From Catajapyx aquilonaris (taxonomy: Eukaryota): DNA of 64,000 nucleotides. The notes under the pieces were generated by a model. That model saw nothing but the letters and a program-made list of their open reading frames with translations. It ran no database searches and was not told the origin of the DNA. This document shows positions 27,531-39,000 of the stretch, in pieces. The translations under genes and the position numbers were made by a program. Position 1 is the first letter of the stretch. Each line of letters opens with the position of its first letter. The stretch covers positions 62,001-126,000 of the forward strand of contig KZ537962.1 in the NCBI GenBank assembly GCA_000934665.2, given 5' to 3'.

Positions 27531-27964
27531 CTGTACTTGTGGCCATAGTCGTAGTCGTGTCCGCCACCGCCGCTTCCGAAGGACAGATAAGCCATGTAGC
27601 AAATGAGGGCCATGGCGGCTATTATGAACGTGACCCCCGCGCCCATGCTGAGCATATCGCCGTCGACAGCGTACACGTGCTGGTATCCTCCGCCGCCGCC
27701 GCCTCCATGGTGGTGCGTGGGTGGTTCGTGGTAAAAGAACTCGTAGTGGGAGCCCCCCTTCTCCCCACCCTTTTTCTTTTTGCCGCGTTTGGAGCGACCC
27801 TCCTCCACTTCGGTGCTACGGACCGGCGCCGTGTCGGCGCCGTCGCCTTTGCTGCGTCCTTCTCCCACCGAGGCATTGTCGTTCTCCGTCGACGATGCCG
27901 CCGTCAGAGCCGTCGTTACCGCCAGCAGGAGGAGGAGCACCGCACTGATGCGCAGGGGCTTCAT
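27531..27964 (-). CDS. Exon F: paralog of exon E; probable alternative first coding exon of the D locus
   Basis: MKPLRISAVLLLLLAVTTALTAA...EEGRSKRGKKKKGG...MGAGVTFIIAAMALICYMAYLSF...DYGHKY, ending in the phase-2 donor AG|GTGGGT (27530). Clear similarity to E in the GRSK motifs, poly-Gly, TM and DYGHK tail. Confidence 0.8.
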
Positions 27965-29338
27965 TGTGAAGGTGCAGGTTCGAAGGGATGGTTGGACCGT
28001 GTAGATATATGGCAAGGGGGAAGATGGGTGGGAGGATTGACGATTCGCTTCCCTGTTCCCAGAGAGAGAAACCGTGACCTAGGTCAGACTCGCCTTCAGG
28101 CGTCAGGATGGAAGGAGGGAGGGAGGCAGGGGGCGGGGTATCTGCACGGAAGCGCCACATGAAGCGCCGAAGCAACCGCTATTACCTTGTTTTTTGTTTC
28201 CTTACCAGGTCGGCCACATGTCGGTTCTGACCTGGCAGGAAAACAACGAAGGAGCACGCAGCTACCCAAGACCCACTTCAAATGAAAAAGTTCACTCTCT
28301 AGACTATGTAAGGGTATAAGGAGAGTTATGATGATATTATTTTTTTTTGGACGGTGATTCCGTCTCGCCGGTACATCGCTCTCTCGGGGGCATCGTTTCA
28401 GCACAAGGAAACTCGGTAGCTGCGCTCTCCTCCTACAGTCTCGCAGTATTCAGACACAAGACGGCTGCTTCGGCACTTCACTAGCACTTCCGTGCAGATT
28501 TGCAAAGGGGGAGGTGTACAAGCATACACACTTTGGGGCTCAAAGGGTCGGGTGTTGTTAAGCCATGTATGAGAAGGGCTAATTAAAGCAATAGAGCCTA
28601 ACGATATTGTAGTTTTCCAGCAAGAGATAGAGGTAAACAATGTGTTAAATCTTACGGTTTGGGTGACTCCTGTGTTGGTTGGGCAACAATCTACACCACA
28701 GTGGAGTTCTGCTTTCGAGCTAATCTTGAAATTTACGTTTCTCCCTTTTATGTTCTTTTTTTTTCTCTTTGAAAACCCATTTGGTGTTAACGATCTTTTA
28801 AAAATTATTTGACCCGCGGTTTCTCACTTCAAAAAGATTCAATTTAAAACAATATTTTAAAAAAATACATGTGAATCTAAGGTGTAATTGTGGACAACGA
28901 ATTTGGCGTTGCAATTGAACATTAGCATGTGTAACTGCGAGTTTACCGCTTAAAAACGCACCTAGGTAATTCGTGTACACAATCTCACCTGCCAGAGCCA
29001 TCTGTAGTAGAAATTCCCGCCTTTGCCCCCGAATTTACACTTTGCATAATCATTATGCTGATCATCATCATGGCAATCACCAGCACGATTTTCTACTGTT
29101 TGATGGCGCTCCTCCTACCCTATACCGTCAAACGTAGCACAATCACAAAAAATGAACCAAGTATATAAAAAAAAGTAGAGGAAATCCAAGAAGCACATCA
29201 CACCAAGTTGCTAAACACGACAATAGCCTGAATACTGCGAGACTTGGTACTGAGAAGCCGTGGTCTTCAGACAACAAGTGAGTAGAATCCACACTGAAGT
29301 GGAGGTGGTTGCCTACCTTAGTCCGATTAGGGACTCAC

Positions 29339-29416
29339 TGAACTCCCAAAGTACACTTGACCGAGAGAACTGCGAAGGGCGAACTGGCTGGTCCTGAGCC
29401 AGTTCTGGCTTTTATA
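29339..29416 (-). promoter_or_regulatory. Distal TATA/Inr promoter and short non-coding first exon
   Basis: TATAAAA at 29416-29410; CCAGTT Inr with its A at 29385 (31 nt from the TATA start); ATG-free 47-nt exon ending in a GTGAGT donor at 29338. Confidence 0.6.
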
Positions 29417-32400
29417 TCTCGTCCCAGACTCACCTGAGATCCTAGTTCCTTAGGGTGCCCTGGATGGTCAAGGTTCCATGTCACTGTGGCAGGTCAAAGG
29501 ACGTTCCAAGAAGTATCCGTCGGGAGTGGGGCCGGTTTTCCGTAATTCTCGAGAAGAGGAGGGAGGTGGGGGATGATGGGGGAATGGGGTGGATCAGTGG
29601 GGGGATACGAGGCTGTTGGCTCCTTAGTGGCCCAGCCGCACCAGGTCATGGAAAGAAAACCTTGCCGCGGTGCTCATTTGCATATATCCCTCGCCAATAG
29701 TGAAAAGCCTGATGCTGGCATCATTCCAGACCATTTTTTCAGGAAAGGCCCTTCTCTATACTGCCTGTTTTTTTATTTTGGGTTTTTTGTTGTAATACGT
29801 TTACGTAGCGATAAAGTCTGCTCGGTGGAATCACCCGGGGGTAAAAAGTGTGAGCATTACAGGTTGGACAGGTAGGCACGTAACGCTAGTCACAATTGAA
29901 CCGCGCCAAATGACCTTAATTGACGGTGCTCGGAATCACGCAGGTTTACGAGAATGTGTCGTCTTGCACATATCCACTTCCTCTTGGAGGATCCCACCCC
30001 CNCCACCCTCCATACACATCCAGCCGCTTTCCATCAGACGCCTATCCTCGTTTTTCGGTGCCCTCCAGCTACCTTCAACCCTACTTTTTCAGTGTGACAT
30101 TTTCTGCTTGAATGGAGGATGCGGATTTTTTTTTTTTTTGAATGATGTCCCTTAAAGATTCGCAGTGTGTGTGTTTTTTTTGTTGAGTACGTAACTTACA
30201 TGGTGAGGGAGAGGGATTGTTCCAGTTTCGCCAAAACATGCGAACGTGAGTTTCAATTTTTCCTCTCCTCTCCACTTCCATCAGCGAAGGCGGCAATGGA
30301 GAGTTTGAACGAAAGCAAAATGTGTGGAGACCACAGACCCGACCGGATGATGACTCGGCCATTGACGCAATGCTGACCTGCAATGTACTATAGGCAGATT
30401 TCTTGGGTCTTTCATTTTTCTAATAGCGACGTGTTTCAGAATTTGCGAAAACCATTGTTTTGGTCACTGATTCATTATAGGTTTGCAGAACTGCTGTTGC
30501 TTTATTTAAACATCTTGATGAAAAAGAAATTATGATGCATTTGTTACACTTGTATGACATATAGGCTTCTATACAGTAGTAGCATCAAAGCAAATCAGAA
30601 CTGGTATATTTTTAAAATTAAAAACTTTGTTCAAGTTGGTGGAAATTATGCAGAGAGGTAAAAATGAAGAATTGATTACTGAAAAGCTGCATTTTCGACG
30701 TAAATGTATTAAATGTCGCGGATTTTGTAACCTTTCTGCACTAATTTTCAGTCATGTACTGTACGTCTGTACGGAGCATTTGGCCCAGAAGGACAGCAGA
30801 CGTTGATATGCGAAGGCATGCGTGAACAGGGTCACTTGTCGCCATCTGCAGCTGATGGAAAACCATAATTCTCCTCCATTTTTCCTCTGACCCTGATTTT
30901 TGTCACCCAGCGTTTTTTTAAAACAAGAAGGGATGGTGGCGTTACCACTCCAGAACCCTCCAAATTAAAATTCTTTACTTGCATAACACGTACATGTGCT
31001 TTAATGCCTACTTCATACGTACGTGCAGAATAAGAAAGAAACCTTCTATTCTTTTTGTAGTCACCCTTTACCTGCTAATGATACACCGAATGTCTAAATA
31101 ATATTTACAGAAGTTTTGTTAATATGTTCTGTGCTGTTTTTAAAATTGTAAACGAAGTACATCATGGGCAACGAATATACGCATAATTTGATACGTGTGT
31201 AAACATTTGGCACACAAAAAATGTATCATGCTCTGGAAACAGCTTAGCATGTGCTGTAGTGACCAAATACTCCGGTGTGTATTTAGGAACTGGCCGTAAA
31301 ATTAATTCCATGAACTGCCCTGTGTTTTAAAAAAAATCAGATATGGAATACGAGCACGCAAAGGTTCATTATAATTAATTCTTCCCACAAGTTATCCAGC
31401 CCATCTTTAAAATGTAAAAGATTCCTGTTACTTGTGCCAGGTGACCTATTGTTTTCCAACGACGATTATTACCGCAAGGTCTCATATCAAGTCCCGATCT
31501 GCACTCCTTGGCACTTGTGCATATGTTTGTCTGATAATAATTTGTGAGAATAAGGTAGTTTAGTAGGTTAATGACGGCTGCGATACACAGCCATTCATGT
31601 TAAGGCCAACAGGATGCTGGCGTGTAGTTTTGAATGGAAGCGGAGAAAGATGCGTCGGGGAAATGGGGCCTCAGCTTTCACTTCCGGCGTCTGTGCAGGT
31701 ACAGGGTCGGCGAACCCCAAGGTCTGGGTCACCCATCGACTGCCGGCTGGGGCCCTAAACCCTTAGCACGCTCACGTTCCTTCCTCTTTCAGTCACTCTA
31801 ATTGCGATCTCATATACCATGGAAGCGGATTTTCTTCAGCACCCACCGTGCGATCATTTTTTATAAGCGCAAACCGAATCAGACGGATGGAATCTGGAGC
31901 AAGTGCACCATATGTGTAGTCTGATCTACACTTGCAGAAATGGAAATCAGAGGGTGGAATATGGGGGAATAATTTAAAGGTCAAAAAGGGGGGTATGCTT
32001 GATAGAATAAGGGCTGAGATCCAACGTAGTAAAATTGCAATGAGAGCATCACTGGCCATATCAGTAACGTACAGTACGTACAGTACGTATAGTTTATTTG
32101 TGACTCATGAAAAAAATTGAATTGCTTCAGTTTTTTAAACCGTCGGGAACTTCGGCTCTTGTTCTGTGGAGTTGTTCAATTCTAGAGTGCATTTGGAACT
32201 TGATTGACTTGTCAAATGTAAAATACGCGTGGGTAATGCACTGAGCATGAAATGTGTTTGCTTTACTGGCACGCACAAACCAGTGAAATCCGCTACTTGA
32301 CACACCAGTATGCACCAACGCTTTTTTGGTTAAAACTATATGTTTGAATGTTATTTTTTGTTATAATGTACTACCTGGTGGTAATGCACCCTATACATAT

Positions 32401-35170
32401 TAGTTGTTTTTTAAAATCATATTTCTTGCCGTTGAAATTTGCACGTAAAGGCCTCTTTCCATTGGCTTAATATGCAGGGACAATCTAGAAATTTTTGACA
32501 AAATTTATGCAACCCAAATAGAGGCATAAAATAACGCTTCAAAATTTGACAACACTTCTCTTCCTCCATATACTACAGTAAGTTATGTCGTCACCCACAG
32601 CTGCTAATGTGGTTTGCCATTACGTTTCTGAAGAATATACAGTACTGTACTCAAAATAAGATTGTGACTAATATTTGAAGGCAAACTTTGCAAAATCTCT
32701 CTCGAGGATGTAAGAGATGTGACAGCACTTTGTAAAATAATTAAATTGATGTGCTGATCACTTGATACACCGCTTTCCTTCTCGTCAACATTGATTATAA
32801 GGCAGCAAAACCCCTCCTCCCTTTACAGTATATGGATGATCCTTAGCCTAGATGCCACGAAAACTTTTGCTTAGCTCATATTCATTGTGGATACATATCG
32901 TCGAAACATATCGTCGATGCCGGAGGGGTATATGATGTAAATATTTCTTTGTTATTTGGTATGTAGAAACAATTTTATTGTTCACCTTATGTGCTAGGCA
33001 TCATTATAATACTCTGTACTTAATATTTGGGAATATGTGTACCCCTCTAATTTAGTCTCCTGGAATTTTGTGTTGAAAAAGCCTAGTGCACTGATTAATC
33101 AGTACGCCCATTGTTGAAGGATGTAATGAGTTACTAAAGCACCCTTATCAATGTAGTTGATTGCAACACCGTAATTTACTGGGAATCCGGTGTGCTTTAA
33201 TAGAGGGCAATTCAGAGGGAATGCGGCATCTTGCAGCATGTTTTTTTTGTATTGAGGATTATCTCTTTTACTGGAACAACTAAAATGCAGGTTGTTGCAC
33301 TGCCTAAGCAGCCGGTTCAATAGCGTCTAGTATGAGAAAAAAGTATGAATTATTCACCCCGGCATCAACCAGTGTAAAGAGAAACAACATGTTGGAACCA
33401 ACAATCACGTAGCCCGGACAATCCTTCCAGCAACTGATGGCTGGTTTTTATGGATAACCACGTCTTTAACTGAGGATATATGCAATAGTGCACACCTATG
33501 TACTGTACAGTACAGCACCATGTTTGATGTCTGTTACGTCAAATAAACATACGACCATCTCATTTACCTTTCATTATTTTTGTATTTTATTATTGTTTTA
33601 AGAAACAGTAAGCTGAAGCATCAGCAGAAACCCGTTGCTTCTTTCCGCTGTAAGGAAGTGCCCGAAAGCCATTTCCCGAACCTTTCACTGCTTCAAATTT
33701 AATAAATACCGGTGCATATCGCCAATTTTTCTCTCCTAGCAGAGCGGCCCTGTAATTCAATCCAACGGAACCAACATGCCAAGCCGATTAAGCAAGTGAA
33801 TAACAAAGGACGATCACACAAAGAGGCCCACCAGTAAAAGTATTAGTGAGAGAGACCCAAGCGAGGTCATCAGCGGTAGTGACAATCAGCTAAGTCTCAG
33901 CAGGTGATTAGTAGAAATGAAGAATCGAGGGCGCGAATGGAGGTGGAAACGTCCTGGAGCTAGGTCCCCTGGCGGTCATCAGAAGGCAGCTGCGATGGCG
34001 GTGGCGAAGTCAGCGCGAATTGGGTTTCGCGGACGTTGGGTATGACCTCAACTTGCTCATCACCCAACTCTTCGTAGCTGCGTCCTGGACACGCCCTGGC
34101 AGCCTCGTTCGACACAACATCAGTGATGACTACTCGGTTCGCTCGCGTTGGCCGGACCCTATAGGGCTGGGTCGCGCCCTATGACCCTAGGCCGGGGTGG
34201 GTGGCATAGAAAAAGTGAGGTAAAAAGAGAGGATGGAACCGTTACATGATGAGGTTCAACTTTCTTCTTTCACTACGCCACGATTTTGTAGCGACCTCCT
34301 TACGGACTAGAGGGTACCAATTCAGCCTCGACGTCGCGGAATTGGTCCGACTTTTTTTTGCAGGGTTTGGAACAATATGGGGGATTAAGGGTGGGGAGGT
34401 TTCAGGACGGGTTTAATGACAGTGGTAGAGGGTTTTATCAAATTTAAATGACGAGAAAAGGGCTATGACCTGTTTTTGTCATGTTGATGTCATGCTGATT
34501 TTGTTTGAATGCCAGTATTGGTATCTGCCTGTATGAGCAGCACTGCCCATAATTAGTTTTTAATTTCCAGTGATTCTGCTATACAAGTATTAGGACTGTG
34601 GTACTTTAATATGCAGCAAGTTCATGATGAGTTGATGACAAATCGTCCATAATAAAATAATACTGTTTATGGAGTGGAATTGAGAAGCGTTTGAATCAGC
34701 GAGGGAACCACCCTCAATTCGAATATGAAAGGGCGGGACTCAACTCAAGGGAGGCACCACACTATAGAAGAGCCACTGATAATTATGCAAACACAAGTTT
34801 TACATTCGTTTGTTGATTTTCTAATGTGTAACTGGACTCAATTATCGCACGATCATGTTCCCAAGTGTAAAGCAAATGCTGCTGAATGTACTGTACGATA
34901 TGCTGTAAAAAGATGAATTTATTGCCTCGACATGCTGCAGTCGTGGTTAAAATGCGTTGTTGCTACTGTTATAGGCCTACATGTAATTAATTTACTTTGG
35001 CTACAGTGTGTACAAGAAAAGCAGTGCTGGGTCATCAAGCAAAATGCCACACGTTGAATTCCCCAACTGGCATCTCTCATTTCATCGAACCTTGTCTCTT
35101 TTAATAATAAAATCGATGTATCCGGCTGATATGGCTTCAGTTATGGTGCATCGCGGTGTAAGAATTATTG

Positions 35171-35532
35171 CACTGAAAAAACCGAAATGGTTACAGTAAC
35201 CAAAACTATTTGGTTGAGTGAGATTTGGTTGCTTTCACCAAAATCTTAGCTGAATTGAAAAAACAGAATTGGTTGAAGTATAACCAAAACATTTTGGTTG
35301 ACGGGTGTAGGGCCTATGCGATCGTTTCAACCAAAACCTTAGCTATACCACAACCAAATGTACACCATGTCAACAAAAATGTTGGTTACATCAACGAAAT
35401 ATTTTTGTAGAACGACAATCAAATGTTTTTGGTTACTTCAACCAAATTTTTAGCAGGTTCTATATTAACCTTCCTATTTGGTTGAATTAAACATGTTTTT
35501 GGTTTGTTCAACTATATTTTTTTTTTGAGATG
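35171..35532. mobile_element. Degenerate non-autonomous DNA-transposon-like element with internal AACCAAA/TTTGGTT repeats
   Basis: Starts CACTGAAAAAA and ends TTTTTTTTTTGAGATG (degenerate inverted termini); the interior is packed with alternating TTGGTT and AACCAA motifs. Confidence 0.5.
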
Positions 35533-35678
35533 TCATAGGCGAGGTCACTTCGTTCCCATCCGGTATGATTGTCCTCTCAAGGCTGTGATGCATTCGTGTA
35601 TGGCGGAGAAAATTTCCTCCTCTGCATGAAGTCTGGACAGAACCTTATCTGGATGTTCTATCACATAATAGGATACAA

Positions 35679-35849
35679 AGCATAGGTGTTGCTTCGTTTT
35701 GGTCGACACATATAGAGCAACTCTGATATCCCTTGCCGACCAATTTCTGGCTGGAATTCTCGCCGATTTTATCTCAGTGCCAGATATTGGTTGGCGAGGG
35801 TATCAGAGTTGGCTCTATGTGTCGACCAAAACGGAACAGCATCTATGCT
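35679..35849. repeat. ~70-bp-arm imperfect inverted repeat (hairpin or MITE)
   Basis: Arm 35679-35751 is the reverse complement of arm 35779-35849 apart from 7 substitutions and 3 small indels. Confidence 0.9.
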
Positions 35850-36007
35850 ATGCAATCAATACTATGATGGAATACAGAAGGCCCTGCTGCGGAAATTTTG
35901 CGTCTCTGTTCATGGCGTTGAGCGAACAAATTGTCTGTTATCAAACTAGTAGGTGAGGATATTACCTACATTATTGCCATGCAAGTTCTGGTGTATCCCC
36001 AGTGCTA

Positions 36008-36053
36008 AATGAATGAATGAATGAATGGATGAATGAATGAATGAATGAATGAA
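36008..36053. repeat. (GAAT)n microsatellite
   Basis: About 11 units with one GGAT interruption. Confidence 0.95.
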
Positions 36054-39000
36054 GTGAGGGCACTATATGGCTCCTACTTCTCTCCCTAACCATAATAAAG
36101 CCATACCCTATCTGAAATGGTAATGAATGTTCAATTGTGTGTAATTATTATAATATGACTTTTATATACTAACTGCTGAATAACTATGAGATTCGTCACA
36201 TCATCCGTTAGCAATGTTGTGCAATTTAGAAGATGAGCATGATATAGTAAGGTATTATAGTTTATCAACATAATTATGCTTGCGAAGGATACGACGATTA
36301 TAGTTAGCTGTCAGAGTTTGAAGAGGCTCTTCGAAAACGTCCTCACTACGGTTTTGTCATAAGCGATAGTTTTCCATGTGATCAATGCATTGGGTATTAT
36401 TTTGCTTCGTACAGTACTTGCAAAACCACTGCCGCGTAGAAGAGACCATTTATGGATTACTGTTACTTTTTCCTACCATGTTTGTTACGCATATTTGGTA
36501 GCGCTGCAATTTCCATAATAGTATGGGTATATTCCAACTAGAAAGTGAAATACGGTAATACTTCTCCGCTATTGAAGTAAATGATAAATTTTCTCAGCCA
36601 AGGCATTCTAAGAGCCGATGACAAATAAAATTACTCAATAAATCCTTAACAAACTACAAAAGTACATACACTATTCTGAATGTAGATCAAAATTGATTAC
36701 ATTGAGAGATGCACATGATACGCATCTTCATGCAGCAATCCTAGCTGGCTCACTTGTAATCAGGGTGTATCATACCAGCAGCAGGGTTTTCCCCTCAAAT
36801 TTTTCTCCCAGCTGAGTCCTGATTTTGACATCCTTTTGGTAACGTTCGTGAAGTGCGTGGACGTGCAGAAGCTATTGGTTTTCCGGAAGCGGATGAAATT
36901 CTCCCGGAATTCCTCCACCCTTTGCCACCCACTGCACCTCCTTTGAAGTAGGCGAACTACCTGGTCGAGTTATTAGCCTTGAGTATGAATGGTCGGCCAT
37001 ATCATTCTTTCAGACCCAGGCTTGTTCTACTTGCGGTTCTGACGATGTGGAACAGGATCATTCGAATTTGTAGAAGGAAAATGTGTATTTTTCTACAACC
37101 TCATTTTAATCCTGGAGATTCCGCGGTTCGATTCGGTCTTTTGTGGCGGAATGAGACATTCAGGTCAAGTTCCCATAGGAGGCGGCCTCTGAACTGAATG
37201 AGTCACCTTTAGACGACCTTCTTCGTGACCGCAAGACGCCTCATCAGGCCTTGACAATGAGTTTCTTACAACGATGATTCAATTGTGAATGGGTTGCCTT
37301 CCTTTATTCTGGTCCCAAAACGTTATATTCTTCTCATTTTATAACCCAAGCGCCACCGTTGTTGCAACGTTTACTGGACGTAACAGTCGGTTGACCTCTT
37401 CAACTAGGTCATAGCTGCAATATAATTGTTCGTTCAATGGATCGTGCTGCAAGAAAGACTGACGGATTGCACAAAATTATAGTGTGTGTAACACGGTGCA
37501 CATGGTTTATTTCTTGCCGGGGTTATTATTTGTCTGGTAAGAAAATAAGAACTCTTTTTTCAAGGCTTTGGGAACACTTCAAAAAAACTGAAACCATTTT
37601 CAAATGATACATCGACCATTTCCTGGATTTTATTGCCCAGTAAAACAGTGGAATCCTCATAAAAAGCTTTGTTCACAGTCCACTAAGAACCCTGAAGAGG
37701 AAATGTAGTCTGGTGCTGTAATTTCAAGATCAGTAGTTGGATGATTAACAATATTTTGAGACCCATTCGTACAAATATCACATAAAAAACGGTACCTGGA
37801 ATGTGATATAACTGGAAAACTAGTGCGGGGAATAGCTCGTTACGAAACTCATCATGAGCATGTAGAGCACAGGGTGGGACATTTGATGAGGTCAGCTTTA
37901 ATTTAATATTCGGTGTGAGACGTACTGTGAATGTCGTTAGTCCTAACTACGTAATGGTTAGAAGCGCGTGACACTAACGCCTCATATAATATTAACTTAC
38001 TGCCACACCTTCTTCCATATGGTAATTAATACCACGAGTTCATCAAAATGTCAAATAGCTAAATATTGCATACATTTTGTAAGTTTATGTCCAAATGACA
38101 CAGAGCGAAGAAAGTTGATGCTGCTTTGACTAGTGAGGATGAGAAAAAGGGCAGATAGCTGATGATAGGAGATTCAAAGTGGGGTAAAGCATAAGTGGCC
38201 TCCTTCGTGGAAGAAAGATGTGACTCCGGTGGCGTAGCCTATATATTTTGAAGGCCGAGATCCGGGCGAGCACCTGGTTGTGGGAAGAAAGGCAACGTGA
38301 TGCTGACGAAAACCTTGACCCTTCACCCAAGATGAAGATACTTGGACCGCTGTGCTGACCAAGGGTCACTCGAATCCTTTGCACCGGAGTAACCTTTGTG
38401 AGCAGGTGTAAGTGTGCCATCGATGAGTCTCCACAGAAAACCATGCAGTATTCCTTTCCATCACTCGTCGGATCCTTTTTACAGCTTCTTTCGAGTGGTC
38501 TTGCAGGGTTGGCTCCCTTTACACTTCCTGCTCTTCACGTTACTTTACCAACCGCTCCACATTTCGACGACCTAGTGATGAACGGGATTTGCTGGCAAAA
38601 TGGGGGAATATAGAAGGCACGTCGCCATGTTCCCACCGAGGGACATTGAGGCTTTTTCTGATCGCATTATTGGCGATGCGAATACGCCATTTTATTCCTG
38701 TCAGGCCTTAGGTCCGTAGTCTGACCTGACTTTAGAGGCAATTAGCATGCCACGAGCAACGTTTCAATCCCTTCCAACAGGTTTAAGGTGACCAAGTGCC
38801 ACCAACAAGGCTTCCTATTTGCTGCCAGCTAGGCTGTTTCCCTCCCTTCAACGCAACATTGGTTGGTTGGTCTTCATGTTGTAACGATATATGGTACCGT
38901 TTTAAAGCCTCCCTTTGGCTGATGTAACATTCCAAGAATGCAGTTTAACTTCCTAACAGCTACCTTGTCACTCATGGGTGCGCGTATGTTCAATGGTAAT

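Noticed and set aside
27014..28175. Long overlapping ORFs on both strands over E and F
   Set aside because: GC-rich shadows of exons E and F.
30002..30002. Single N base
   Set aside because: Assembly ambiguity in a C-run, not biological.
32913..33369. Short imperfect inverted termini (GATGCCGG...CCGGCATC) about 450 bp apart
   Set aside because: Too short and degenerate to call a MITE without other copies.
33959..34180. GC-rich ~70-codon open frame on the minus strand
   Set aside because: No ATG, weak acceptor and no recognisable motif.
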